Positions 62,614 to 64,000 of a DNA stretch of 64,000 nt are shown piece after piece (within the stretch, counting starts at the first letter, position 1; the number at the start of each line of letters is the position of its first letter). The notes under the pieces were generated by a model. The model had not been told where the DNA came from. It did not search any database and worked only from the letters and a program-made list of their open reading frames with translations. The translations under genes and the position numbers were made by a program. Origin of the DNA: Phoronis australis (Eukaryota > Animalia > Phoronida); assembly GCA_002633005.1 (NCBI GenBank), contig NMRA01000048.1, forward strand, positions 309,595 through 373,594. The letters are read 5' to 3'.

Positions 62614-64000
62614 TTGCATGTCAGTGTACGCTGGTACAGTTGCATGTCAGTATACGCTGGTACAGTTGCATGTCAGTGTACGCTGGTACAGTTGCATGCA
62701 CACTCACGAAAAATGTAGTGTGCAAACAAAAACAATAAAGAAAACAAAAATATGGAAGAGAAACAGACTTGATGAAAAAAGTTCTCCTGAAGTAACAAAC
62801 AGACTTCCACACAGAGCCATATACTTGACAAAATTCCTTTTTGCCAAATAAAAATAAATCTACCATGTTGGCAATAATTAAACTAAGACTTGCGCTTTTA
62901 ATTATTCCAATCCCACACAGGCACATAGATAAGACTGCACTATAAACAAGGCATATGTAGCTAAAAGAAACATGAAAAGTCACTTCCACTGGCATCAACA
63001 GGATATGAAGATTGGTTACATAATACCACACATGCTTTATGACTTGAGGAAGGCTATATATTTGCAAAAATTTATAGTACATGTGAAGTTTACTACCCCC
63101 ACATTTTATGCGCAAAAGTAGTGAAATCATTACACCTTTTTCCACATCAAAAGCTTCCAACAGAGTTGTGATGGAAAAATCCCAGGTCACCAAACAAGAT
63201 CTGAGGTCACCTAAATCAATTCCCCAGGTTTCTTATTCAGCGCCGTAAAAGTTAATAGACCAAAAAAAAGGTCGGATGGCCGAATTCGCCCAATTTCCCT
63301 AAATGTAGGTGTACCTTCCCTACCACCAGAGAACAAATATAGAATGCAAATGTTCGAATGGGCTAGCGGTATGAATTTCGCCGATCTCGATTTTAGCAAA
63401 CAATTCTGACCTTCTGTCTGTTTACTTCCTCTTGTAATTTAAACAAGGTGGCAAACGCACAGGCGTCCTCAGCTTCTCATGGTCCTCAATAGTGGGGATG
63501 ATCGGAAGGCGAGGACGCTTGTGGGCAAATGTGCTGATTTCACAAATTAAAACAGAACATTTGTGAATCAAAGGTAATAAAACGTGGAAAACTGTCCGTA
63601 ACTTAAAGTTTCGAAGTCAACAGAACTTTGAAATGAATTGAGAGGGAATTATTGACTTTGATACTCGTAGTGGCGAATAGTGCCAAATACAATCTTAGGT
63701 TGCATTGGCGACTTATAGGTCGCTAAAACGAGCGCTGCTCTAGCTAGGATGCCCTGTTCAGCAGTCAGTCCCCCAAGTAAAGTGAACAAGTATGGGTGTC
63801 TCTTAACTTGCCAGCAGCAACTCTCAGGGAGCGCAATGGCCTCAGAGGAATAAAATATAAGTTAGTATAAAAAACTTTATTGCAAAACCATATCTCCACA
63901 GAACATAACACACTACAATAGCACCATGGATGCCCGAAAAATTAGGAAACCCATTTTGGACGTCATATTTTTGAAATTCTGGATGAACCCCAGTGACAAC
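62614..64000 (+). repeat. Copy B of the long direct duplication (partner 345-2096); runs off the window end
   Basis: Colinear with 345-2096. Lacks ~957-1264 of copy A, has 3 rather than 5 minisatellite units, and retains taggatgccctgttcagc missing from copy A. Confidence 0.95.

Overview
AT-rich, intron-containing, transposon-rich animal DNA, most likely from a marine invertebrate (species not determinable here), with three assembly gaps. Recognisable intact genes: six-coding-exon FAXDC2 (+, 14315-20944), two-exon TEN1 (CST telomere complex; +, 23390-26062), two single-exon clan-2 cytochrome P450s (-), and a single-exon 458-aa protein (-, 40204-41580). The standout is that last protein. It joins a TRIM-type RING/B-box/coiled-coil N-terminus to a hydrophobic segment and a clear Jiv90 domain, the DNAJC14 module that pestiviruses use as their NS2 protease cofactor, and it has no J domain. 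This suggests a TRIMCyp-like 'host cofactor as bait' E3 ligase (inference). A decayed RING/B-box paralogue lies just downstream and a ~1-kb fold-back just upstream. Other structure: four decoy copies of a FAXDC2 splice acceptor, two adjacent fold-back elements filling the TEN1 intron, several CA...TG elements with 5-bp TSDs (one nested), an Academ-like element inside a dead RNase H-bearing LINE, DIRS/CR1/pogo remnants, tandem repeats, and a >1.3-kb duplication shared by the two ends of the window. Family assignments rest on recalled motifs, not on database searches.
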